Shown here: in pieces, positions 39,678 through 51,900 of the stretch
How positions within the stretch are numbered: the first letter of the stretch is position 1
How the letters are laid out: each line of letters starts with the position of its first letter
Position numbers and translations under genes: made by a program
Notes under the pieces: model-generated
The model's input: only the letters and a program-made list of their open reading frames with translations
What the model was told of the DNA's origin: nothing
Database searches by the model: none
DNA from: Ylistrum balloti
Taxonomy: Eukaryota
Reading direction: 5' to 3'
Length of the DNA: 64,000 nucleotides
Assembly (NCBI RefSeq): GCF_031769215.1
Contig: NW_026782166.1
Location: forward strand, 186,001-250,000

Positions 39678-41283
39678 GTTGCTTACTTACGTCCTCTAAA
39701 CGTCTGTGTAGAATATAATTTCCAATATATATATATAGACATTGCACGTTGGTTATGAAATATTCGTTTATATCCACCAATGGGAAAAAAACTATTTTTA
39801 GAATATTCATTCAGGTATATATAATTAAGTATATGTGGTAATAAGGAGCTATATTCTGAGCACTTGTATATCGTTAAAGAAAATACACACACAGAAAAAT
39901 TATTTTTCATCAAATATCAGGGATTTTTTTTACAGACAAATTTAACAGAATTGTTTTGTCAATTATTTACGATACTGTATCAAATACATGCATAACACGT
40001 ATTTTTGATGAATCGAAATAAGCATACATTGTATGTTAACTCTCTCCGAACCTGTATTGCTGATGGTCGTCAATGTTCTGAGCTAAGATTATATGTTGTG
40101 AAATCATTTATACAGCATAACTACGTATTGCAACACGTGATGAAATGAGCACAGAACTTGCTCAGACCTGCTTGCAGCGTTGCAACCGTATTTAAATGAT
40201 AACACAAGAGAACTCGAAATTATTTAGCATTCGGAGTGTTTCGGACTTCAACCAATTCAATGAAGCGATATATTAATGTCACGTGGAATTACGCTCCCAT
40301 ACTATTGGACCAAAATGCATAGATCATATGCGTATACGTACTCCATTTCCAATTTAATTATACTTCTTTTGTCCTTTATGCATAGAAACACATGATAATT
40401 ATCGATATGATTCTACGTATAGAAGTATCGACAATGATATATGAAGTGTAGACTTCGAAAAGTCGATCTCTACTTTCACATTCTGATCTAAAAATACACA
40501 GGAATTTTAACTTTTCCTACGTTGGAATATACATATAAAAATATTTGTTGTCGTTGTTGTGATCTATGGTATTTAAAAATCCATGTGTTCAATTTTTTTT
40601 GAAACCTGGTCCATTGAATGTTGGAACTGATCACTCTGTCGAGCTTAGAACGTTGACATGACCTAGATATACGGGCAGCTAAAGCTAGCAGCATGTAGAT
40701 AAACGCGAGCGACAGCCGATCGCGAGCTATAGATCGTGAAGTAGGTATGGCTACTCGTGCAGTTAGGAATTCAAGATGTAAACAAACTTTGAAAAGTTTG
40801 TTCCGTTGTGGAAGGTTTGTTTTTCATGTAAACACGTTTGTTTCTGCTGGTTTTTTGTTTGTCTCGATTAGAAGACGTATTTTGTGCAATACACTTTAGT
40901 CTTCTATTGCAGGTGCATTGCAAAATAAAGATCAAAGAAGAACTAAACGTACCCGCAGTCCCATCGGAACAGACAGAAACATTGAGACTTTTACATCATG
41001 TTTTCATTCTTAAATATTGCTTTAATTTTGGCTCCAGACTAACTATACTGTCCACTCATATGAGGAAGGTTATAGGATTAATCATATGTTCTGTGCTGAC
41101 CAGAGACGTCTCTGGTGCTGACCAAGGAATCTGTAATCTATAAACTATATCTTATATAATGTTCTGTGATTGACGTTTAGTATCAAAATAAGCTAGCAGT
41201 GTAAAGAATGCTTAACTGTAGCTCATAGAGTATACTGGATTGGTTGGAGAGTTACAATACCATGTCAGAGTTACACTTTAATG

Positions 41284-41891
41284 TGTTGATGATATTATAA
41301 AATCTGGGTGATCCCTTCGTCCTCAAACATTGTCTTTATTTATTATGAATGTAGCTATTGTGAGGACAAATATACACAAGTTATCTTGTAGCAGTTGTTC
41401 TGCTCCGGGTCGCAACGTACAAGCACCACAAAGACGGCAGTTCATTACCAAATGGTTTATTCTGGATGCCCAATTAAACCCTATAACAACAATATAACAA
41501 TACATTAAAACCAATTCTCAAACTCACACTACCTGAACAAGTTATGAACTCGTCCAGATCGACCACGACCGGTTAACACACTCAACACAAACACACTTCA
41601 CTATACAAATACTGCTTAAGTAAAATACTGAATAACCCAGTCACTATCATACATTACAGAGCCGAAACTCATACGTTATAAGTTACGATACACACTACGT
41701 TAAGGCAACAACCTACCTCTTCATAAAGGGAAGAGGGCTTAAGGGACACAACCCGCGGATGACGGTTTAGCTGGCCACAGAACGAAACAGCGGATCTACA
41801 AATTATGTTAAATAATTAGCAAAGATAACAAATAGTTAACTTTCACCAGAATTTAGGAAACAATTATAATGATCAAAAATATACTTCAACA
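41284..41891 (-). mobile_element. Probable solo LTR (Gypsy or BEL/Pao type)
   Basis: TGTTGA...TCAACA termini (8-bp inverted repeat tgtgttga/tcaacaca), about 608 bp, with AATAAA motifs near the minus-strand 3' end. No target-site duplication found. Confidence 0.45.
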
Positions 41892-42903
41892 CACCTCCTC
41901 TGAATAATGTAAAAGATGACCATGAACTCCAAACAACATGAAATTAAAATTAACAAAGATTGATTCACTCACAATTTAACAGAGCCTGTTAAATATAATT
42001 CAACATCGATCTTTAGATGAGGATGCAATTACAATAATTGTAAAAAGTTACTTATTCACAATACAGTCAATATACAACATGATGGTACTTACTATAATTT
42101 CCAAACAACAGAGGATGACAAAGGGCCTATCTCAATAAAACCCAACCGTCATCATTCAAAGTCCATTAGAGTGTGAATTTACAGTGCGCCTTGCACGATG
42201 ACCACTGGGCAGTCCGATAAAAATAGATTTGCCCTTTGACATATCACAGAGCCAGTTTACAATAATTATAAAATAAGACCTACAATTGCGTCACAAAATA
42301 CTGGACCGGAACTTGCTCACTTAAATTAAAAAATACCTTACAAAGTCAATTTACAAAATTGTACCCTACTACAATCTTACCTTGTTTCCTTACTTTATTT
42401 TAACAATTATCTATCTTTGTGAATACTGATGTACACAAATCATAATATATGCATATATACATGACTTTAACTCTAATTTATTTTGTTTAGATAATTATAT
42501 AACATGTGTGTATATACATTGTATGCATGTGCCAATTTATGATTTATACATATCAGTCAACAATTTTGATTTAAGAACTGAGATTTTATCAGTATGTTTA
42601 TTTCTTTAAAGGGTTTACATACTGAGAGCATACAGAAAAGGGTGGGTCCATCTTCATGAGGAAGTCTTGATACTGAAAGAAGTGTGCTGTAGTCATGTAA
42701 TCCTGTCTATAAGAGATATATGAACATTATCTAAACTTTATCTAACCATGACAAAGCAAGTTATCTCGACTTTTGTTTGAATGAATTTGCTTTATACGTG
42801 GTACTGGGTAGAAGCATGTTGGATCTGTGTATGAGTCAGAGGACCTGTAGAACACTTGTGGTGGCTGCTTTTCACCTCTGGTTATATGTATTCATGCATT
42901 CAG

Positions 42904-45900
42904 GTTCTACAGTTCCAGCTCAGAGGGGAAATCCAGACTAAAATGGAGTTATGTACATGGGCAGTCAGACGTCTCGCCAAGGGGGATAACTATTGGAAAT
43001 CTTCTACAGGAGAGAGTTGAAATGTCACCTGAAAAAGAAGTTGTTGTTTTCTGTTCCCAAAATATTAGGAAGACATATGCACAATTTATGGAAGAGGTTA
43101 TTCATTTCATTATTTACTGTTGATTTCATCACAAAACCTTTTTATTAAGCAGCTGGTGTTACTGCCATTTTGAGACTTAAGTGACAACAATAATATTCAA
43201 AATAAATAGAATGTGATACATTAATGCTATGAATGGTACTTGATATTTGAAATAAACAAAATTTTCCCATTACATGTAAAACAGAAAATATTAGAGAGAA
43301 AGTCCATTGACAGGTAGACAAGCTGGCTGCTGGACTGGTGGGTCTGGGACTGGTGAAGGGAGATCGTGTCGGAATCTGGGGTCCTAACAGTTATGAATGG
43401 GTCCTCACCCAGTACGCTACAGCCAGGGCTGGCCTCATTCTGGTGAGCAGTAGAGTAAAATTGTAATATCTTGGAAAATCTCAACATTTGTTTGATTCAG
43501 TTCAGTATAAATACCTCAGAAATACTAGTTGATATTTGAAAAATGAAAAAAATTGAAAATGCAGTCGAAGTGTATACTCAGATTGCTAAATAATGAGAAG
43601 TTTTTATTATTTATTTCAATTTTTGTCTGTGGTAAATATTTTCATAATCAATACTTTAATTTATCCCTGAACTATCCTTTCAATCAAGAAGCGGTGAAAC
43701 TGTGAATGAAATTTATCAGAAATAACCAGGGTAGTTTGTGTCTCTCAGAAGTTGAGGCTAAAGTGGCCACTGCTTTGTTGCATGTTGTGGTTGTGTCAAT
43801 GCATAGGCCAGATTCATTGTCTGTAGAGAATATTGTGAGCCTCCCGCATGACATTCAATAAGGTAGTCACGAGCTACTACAAGGAATCCCTGCCTCCGAG
43901 TGAACCTAACAGTTTAATGGGCATTACACCCAACAAACAAAGCTATGAAAAAAAGGACTGGATTTAGTTTAACTGTTTTTAATTCTCACCGACAGGTTAA
44001 TGTTAATCCACAGTACAAGGAAAAGGAATTGGAATATGCCCTTGGCAAGGTAAGTTTTCTCTATTCTACTGATAACAGTGGAAGCTATTCTGTTGATGTA
44101 TGTGACATGATATCAAGGTTACTTACTCATGAAAGTTATTCTGTTGATGTATGCGACATGATATCAGTGTGACTTACTCATGAAAGTTATTCTGTTGATG
44201 TATGGGACATGATATCAGTGTGACTTACCCATGAAAGTTATTCTGTTGATGTATGTGACATGATATCAGTGTGACTTACCCATGAAAGTTATTCTGTTGA
44301 TGTATGTGACATGATATCAGTGTGACTTACTCATGAAAGTTATTCTGTTGATGTATGTGACATGATATCAGTGTGACTTACTCATGAAAGTTATTCTGTT
44401 GATGTATGGGACATGATATCAGTGTGACTTACTCATGAAAGTTATTCTGTTGATGTATGGAACATGATATCAGTGTGGTGGCTTAACCATGAAAGTTATT
44501 CTGTCGATGTATGTGACATGATATCAGTGTGACTTACCCATGAAAGTTATTCTGCCGATGTATGTGACATGATATCAATGTGACTTACCCATGAAAGTTA
44601 TTCTGCCGATGTATGTGACATGATATCAGTGTGACTTACCCATGAAAGTTATTCTGTTGATGTATGTGACATGATATCAGTGTGACTTACTCATGAAAGT
44701 TATTCTGTTGATGTATGTGACATGATATCAGTGTGACTTACTCATGAAAGCTATTCTGTCAATGTATGGGACATGATATCAGTGTGGCTTACTCATGAAA
44801 GTTATTCTGTTGATGTATGGGACATGATATCAGTGTGGTGGCTTAACCATGAAAGTTATTCTGTTGATGTATGTGACATGATATCAAGGTGACTTACCCA
44901 TGAAAGTTATTCTGCCGATGTATGTGACATGATATCAATGTGACTTACCCATGAAAGTTATTCTGCCGATGTATGGGACATGATATCAAGGTGACTTACT
45001 CATGAAAGTTATTCTGTTGATGTATGGAACATGATATCAGTGTGGTGGCTTAACCATGAAAGTTATTTCTGAATATGGTCCATCACCACAAATTTTAAAG
45101 AGAAATATTTTTATAAAATTTTTTTTTACACAATTCATGAATAAGGTTACAAGCCCTTCACCGGTTATAAGCCACCTTAGTCAATAGTTTTAGAAGTTAT
45201 GTCTACATATGCAATGAAACCATTGTTCAGTAACTTAACAGTGTGAAGAAGTAACACAAGTCTACATACCTGTTTATATTATGTATTCTGTCACAATGAT
45301 ATATTCGATTTTCCAACAGGTAGGTTGTAAAGCAATTATCATTGCTGAAAAATTCAAGGACCAGAATTATTATGAGATTCTGAGTGACGTTGTTCCTGAG
45401 CTGAGTGCTAACATTCCTGGAAACATCAATAGTCACAGGTGAATTTACAGAGAATTAAGTAATTTTGATTGAAATCAAATTATTAAGAGCTTACATGAAA
45501 TAAAGAAATACAGAAAGAGTTAAAATTTCTGGAATTGAAGATTCTTTCCTTAGATCCTCTTGTATAATTTTGATGCAGACTAGTCAGATTGAAGCAACCT
45601 TACAAATATAACACTGTCTCATATCTTTCTGTAGGTTGCCATCCCTTAAGATTCTGGTAACTATGGGAAATAACTCCTACAGGTAAGAACATTATAAAAT
45701 CATCAGTTTCTATTCATTAATGAGATAGTATACAGTCTGTGAAACTACTTTTTAAAAAGTTGCAATTTTTTATTCATTTTATGACTAATCTTCAACACCC
45801 ATAGTGTCAAGGTCACTATTAATGATTGTTTTAGATGATGAAGATTACCTGTAAATGTCTGAGATCAAAGTTGAGTAGAATTTCGTTTTAGTTTATAGAA

Positions 45901-48900
45901 CTACTAGTAGGTGAGCTAGAAATGTATGCATGTATGTCATTTGTGGATGAAATATTTGTTTATCAGTAAACCTGTGTATAGTTTTGAGGATGAAAGTATG
46001 CATGATATTTTTTAATTCATACAGAGGTGCATTCAAGTTCAGTGAAGTTCAAAACTCAGCCACAACAGCAGGATGTCTTGGGATTATGGATATTCAGAGA
46101 AAGTTACAGTTTGATGATCCAATCAACATCCAGTTCACCTCAGTAAGTATTTAAGGCAAAAATTATTGTTTGTCTGTTCGTTTCACTGTCTCAACCAGAG
46201 ATGTATGATCTATGACTGCCAAATTCACCAAACTGATGGCACGGACATCAATATTTTATACCCTCCTGGTGATTGGTCTGATTCACTGTCAAGGTCACTG
46301 TTACACTCCTGGTGATTGGTCTGATTCACTGTCAAGGTCACTGTTACACTCCTGGTGATTGGTCTGATTCACTGTCAAGGTCACTGTTACACTCCTTGTG
46401 ATTGGTCTGATTCACTGTCAAGGTCACTGTTACACTCCTGGTGATTGGTCTGATTCACTATCAAGGTCACTGTTACACTCCTGGTGATTGGTCTGATTCA
46501 CTGTCAAGGTCACTGTTACACTCCTGGTGATTGGTCTGATTCACTGTCAAGGTCACTGTTACACTCCTGGGGATTGGTCTGATTCACTGTCAAGGTCACT
46601 GTTACACTCCTGGTGATTGGTCTGATTCACTGTCAAGGTCACTGTTACACTCCAGGTGATTGGTCTGATTCACTGTCCGGGTCACTGTAACACTCATGGT
46701 GATTGGTCTGATTCACTGTCAAGGTCACTGTAACAGTCATGGTGATTGGTCTGAATCACTGTCAAGGTCACTGTTACACTCCAGGTGATTGGTCTGATAC
46801 ACTGTCAAGGTCACTGTTACACTTATGGTGATTGGTCTGATACACTGTCAAGGTCACTGTTACACTCCTGGTGATTGGTCTGATACACTGTCAAGGTCAC
46901 TGTTACACTCCTGGTGATTGGTCTGATACACTGTCAAGGTCACTCTTACACTCCAGGTGATTGGTCTGATACACTGTCAAGGTCACTGTAACACTCATGG
47001 TGATTGGTCTGATTCACTGTCAAGGTCACTGTTACACTCCTGGTGATTGGTCTGATTCACTGTCAATGTCACTGTTACACTCCTGGTGATTGGTCTGATT
47101 CACTGTCAGGGTCACTGTAACACTCATGGTGATTGGTCTGATTCACTGTCAAGGTCACTGTAACAGTCATGGTGATTGGTCTGAATCACTGTCAAGGTCA
47201 CTGTTACACTCCAGGTGATTGGTCTGATACACTGTCAAGGTCACTGTTACACTCCTGGTGATTGGTCTGATACACTGTCAAGGTCACTGTTACACTCCTG
47301 GTTGGTCTGATACACTGTCAAGGTCACTGTTACACTCCTGGTGATTGGTCTGATACACTGTCAAGGTCACTGTTACACTCCTGGTGATTGGTCTGATACA
47401 CTGTCAAGGTCACTCTTACACTCCAGGTGATTGGTCTGATACACTGTCAAGGTCACTGTAACACTCATGGTGATTGGTCTGATTCACTGTCAAGGTCACT
47501 GTTACACTCCTGGTGATTGGTCTGATTCACTGTCAATGTCACTGTTACACTCCTGGTGATTGGTCTGATTCACTGTCAGGGTCACTGTAACACTCATGGT
47601 GATTGTCTGATTCTGTCAATCACTGTCAATTGGTCTGTCACTGTCAAGGTCACTGTTACACTCCAGGTGATTGGTCTGATACACTGTCAAGGTCACTGTT
47701 ACACTTATGGTGATTGGTCTGATACACTGTCAAGGTCACTGTTACACTCCTGGTGATTGGTCTGATACACTGTCAAGGTCACTGTTACACTCCTGGTGAT
47801 TGGTCTGATACACTGTCAAGGACACTGTTACACTCCAGGTGATTGGTCTGATACACTGTCAAGGTCACTGTAACACTCATGGTGATTGGTCTGATTCACT
47901 GTCAAGGTCATTGTTACACTCCTGGTGATTGGTCTGATTCACTGTCAATGTCACTGTTACACTCCTGGTGATTGGTCTGAATCACTGTCAAGGTCACTGT
48001 TACACTCCAGGTGATTGGTCTGATACACTGTCAAGGTCACTGTTACACTTATGGTGATTGGTCTGATACACTGTCAAGGTCACTGTTACACTCCTGGTGA
48101 TTGGTCTGATACACTGTCAAGGTCACTGTTACACTCCTGGTGATTGGTCTGATACACTGTCAAGGTCACTGTTACACTCCAGGTGATTGGTCTGATACAC
48201 TGTCAAGGTCACTGTTACACTTATGGTGATTGGTCTGATACACTGTCAAGGTCACTGTTACACTCCTGGTGATTGGTCTGATACACTGTCAAGGTCACTG
48301 TTACACTCCTGGTGATTGGTCTGAATCACTGTCAAGGTCACTGTTACACTCCAGGTGATTGGTCTGATTCACTGTCAAGGTCACTGTAACAGTCATGGTG
48401 ATTGGTCTGAATCACTGTCAAGGTCACTGTTACACTCCTGGTGATTGGTCTGATTCACTGTCAATGTCACTGTTACACTCCTGGTGATTGGTCTGATTCA
48501 CTGTCAGGGTCACTGTAACACTCATGGTGATTGGTCTGATTCACTGTCAAGGTCACTGTAACAGTCATGGTGATTGGTCTGAATCACTGTCAAGGTCACT
48601 CTTACACTCCAGGTGATTGGTCTGATACACTGTCAAGGTCACTGTTACACTTATGGTGATTGGTCTGATACACTGTCAAGGTCACTGTTACACTCCTGGT
48701 GATTGGTCTGATACACTGTCAAGGTCACTGTTACACTCCTGGTGATTGGTCTGATACACTGTCAAGGTCACTCTTACACTCCAGGTGATTGGTCTGATAC
48801 ACTGTCAAGGTCACTGTTACACTTATGGTGATTGGTCTGATACACTGTCAAGGTCACTTTTACACTCCTGGTGATTGGTCTGATACACTGTCAAGGTCAC

Positions 48901-51900
48901 TGTTACACTCCTGGTGATTGGTCTGATACACTGTCAAAGTCACTCTTACACTCCAGGTGATTGGTCTGATACACTGTCAAGGTCACTGTAACACTCATGG
49001 TGATTGGTCTGATTCACTGTCAAGGTCACTGTTACACTCCTGGTGATTGGTCTGATGTAGTAGTGTCATTATTCATAGTATTTTAGCTATATGTGTTCGT
49101 ATGTAATGGCAATCAGTGTACCATAAATATTGTATGTGGCGCATTGCCGCGAAACTTTTAGCATGCACATGCGGAAATAGCATGTGAGAATGCAAGTGAG
49201 ATACTGATTCATTTTCAAGGTCACTGTTACACTCCTGGTGATTTGTCTGATACACTGTCAAGGTCACTGTAACAGTCATGGTGATTGGTCTGAATCACTG
49301 TCAAGGTCACTGTTACACTCCTGGTGATTGGTCTGATTCACTGTCAATGTCACTGTTACACTCCTGGTGATTGGTCTGATTCACTGTCAGGGTCACTGTA
49401 ACACTCATGGTGATTGGTCTGATTCACTGTCAAGGTCACTGTAACAGTCATGGTGATTGGTCTGAATCACTGTCAAGGTCACTCTTACACTCCAGGTGAT
49501 TGGTCTGATACACTGTCAAGGTCACTCTTACACTCCAGGTGATTGGTCTGATACACTGTCAAGGTCACTGTTACACTTATGGTGATTGGTCTGATACACT
49601 GTCAAGGTCACTTTTACACTCCTGGTGATTGGTCTGATACACTGTCAAGGTCACTGTTACACTCCTGGTGATTGGTCTGATACACTGTCAAGGTCACTCT
49701 TACACTCCAGGTGATTGGTCTGATACACTGTCAAGGTCACTGTAACACTCATGGTGATTGGTCTGATTCACTGTCAAGGTCACTGTTACACTCCTGGTGA
49801 TTGGTCTGATGTAGTAGTGTCATTATTCATAGTATTTTAGCTATATGTGTTCGTATGTAATGGCAATCAGTGTACCATAAATATTGTATGTGGCGCATTG
49901 CCGCGAAACTTTTAGCATGCACATGCGGAAATAGCATGTGAGAATGCAAGTGAGATACTGATTCATTTTCAAGGTCACTGTTACACTCCTGGTGATTTGT
50001 CTGATACACTGTCAAGGTCACTGTCAAGGTCACTATTGCATTCCTGGTGATTGGTTCCATACACTTTTAAGGTCACTTTTACATCCCTAGTGGTCCATAT
50101 GGTTCAATCAGATATGTTCTGGTTAAAACATTGAGATGGTCTAGATTGTAAAAAACCAAAATTAATTTGATACAAAGTGGAATCAAACAAGGCTATCGTC
50201 CAGCAGGGGTTGAAATTTTGTTCTGTACAATAACTTAAAACTAATTTTACTTTCTCGCTAGAAATTTAAAAAAGATTAAGATCTCTTTGAGTTTCGATAT
50301 AAAATGTAAAATTACCAAATACAATGTTATTTCTGTTTTTGAGGTTTACTTTGTTCTTGTCCCTGTTTCAGGGCACTACAGGAGTACCTAAGGGAGCTAC
50401 TCTTTCACACCATAACATTGTAAACAACAGCCATTTCCTGGGGCGACGCTTGGGATATCACACTGAGGTAACAAAATGTGTACAAACATTTTGATGATTT
50501 TAACTACTTCCTTTTTCTCTCAATGGTTCAGTTGTAAATAAGAAACTTGGAAATGATTATTTTCAGATAGATACACTGTTACATTGGCTGCATATTTAAA
50601 TTTAAAAATCTGGAAGTTCAAGAAATAGTGCCAGGGGTTGAAGAATCTCTCTACCCATGGTGCTGGAATATTTAAGGGTATATATTTATAGGCGACTAGG
50701 ATCTGTGTACCTGTGCCACTGTATCACTGTTTTGGTATGGTGATGGCCAGTTTGTGCACCATTACCCATGGATCTAAATGTGTATACCCTGGACCAGGGT
50801 TTGACGCAGGGGCCTCTCTTAAAGCTGTGGCAGAAGAAAGGTGAGTTTTTCTTTGTCAGACACTCTTGAAGAGACTCTTTCATAATGACACATTAAGAAG
50901 TACTGGTGCTGTTCCTTTGATTTTAAGGTTTTCTATTGCAAATTAAATTGAGTTTTAACCAAAGATACAGTTTGTAATTTTTTAAACCACCTTCATCAGA
51001 TGGTGGTTACAATGGTGGGCTGTTCAAATCTCTCTTCATTCCTGGTTGGTGAGCTGTGATTAAAATGTTTTGTTTTCTTGAAATGAAATATAAAGAAAAT
51101 GAGTTATGTAACATTCTATGCATATTTTGTCATTGATAACTGTATCTCTGTAGGTGTACTGCCCTGTATGGAGTTCCTACCATGTTTATAGACATGTTGA
51201 ATCATCCAGACTTCAATCAATTTGACTTGACCTCTCTCAGTACTGGCATCATGGCTGGGTCACCTTGTCCTGTGGAGGTCATGCTACAGGTTAATGAGAA
51301 GATGCATATGCCAAAAGTAACAGTATGTATTATTGACTTAATAAGTAACAAATAACAAATTGTTTAGGTTTTCTCTACAGAATGTATTATCAGGTGATTG
51401 GCTATTCATATCACCCTATGTCCGTGGTCTGTCTGTCCATCCGCCTGTAAACAATATTTGTTTCTGCTTTTGCTTGAGAAGTATTGAATGGATCCTTCTC
51501 AAAGTTCATTTGTAGCTGACCCTTGGTCCCTAGTTGTGTCCTTTTAATTTTGGGACAGATTAGAAAACAAAATGACTGGCAGTGGCCATCTTGAATTTTG
51601 GCAATGAATTTTTTTATTGATACTTCTTGATAAGCACTAGATGGACCTTTCTCAAATTTCCTTGTAGATTCCTCATGGTTCCTTTTGAATTTTGTGACTG
51701 TTGAGAAAAACAGAAATGGCAAACAGGCAACTAATTTAGAAGTTTAAGACTATTAAGACTGTTTATTAAGAGAAGTTTTTAGATTTCTTATAATTAAGAA
51801 TAAATCAAAGGACGGAGAAGAAAAGAAGGGATGAGATCCAACTTTTAAGAACAAGGGTAGATGAAATGATGTTGGGCACCAAGATCTCTCTGGAATCTCT

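Noticed and set aside
40488-40694. Minus-strand ORF resembling a mitochondrial presequence (MLLALAARISRS...)
   Set aside because: Wrong strand for ACSF2 and no splice link to any minus-strand gene identified.
46262-50050. Repeat array with inserted unique segments as a CRISPR-like structure
   Set aside because: Only two inserts, identical to each other and 158 bp long; explained by a block duplication.
49073-50060. Two near-identical ORFs (68 and 77 aa)
   Set aside because: They arise from the duplicated insert plus repeat units; no gene signals.
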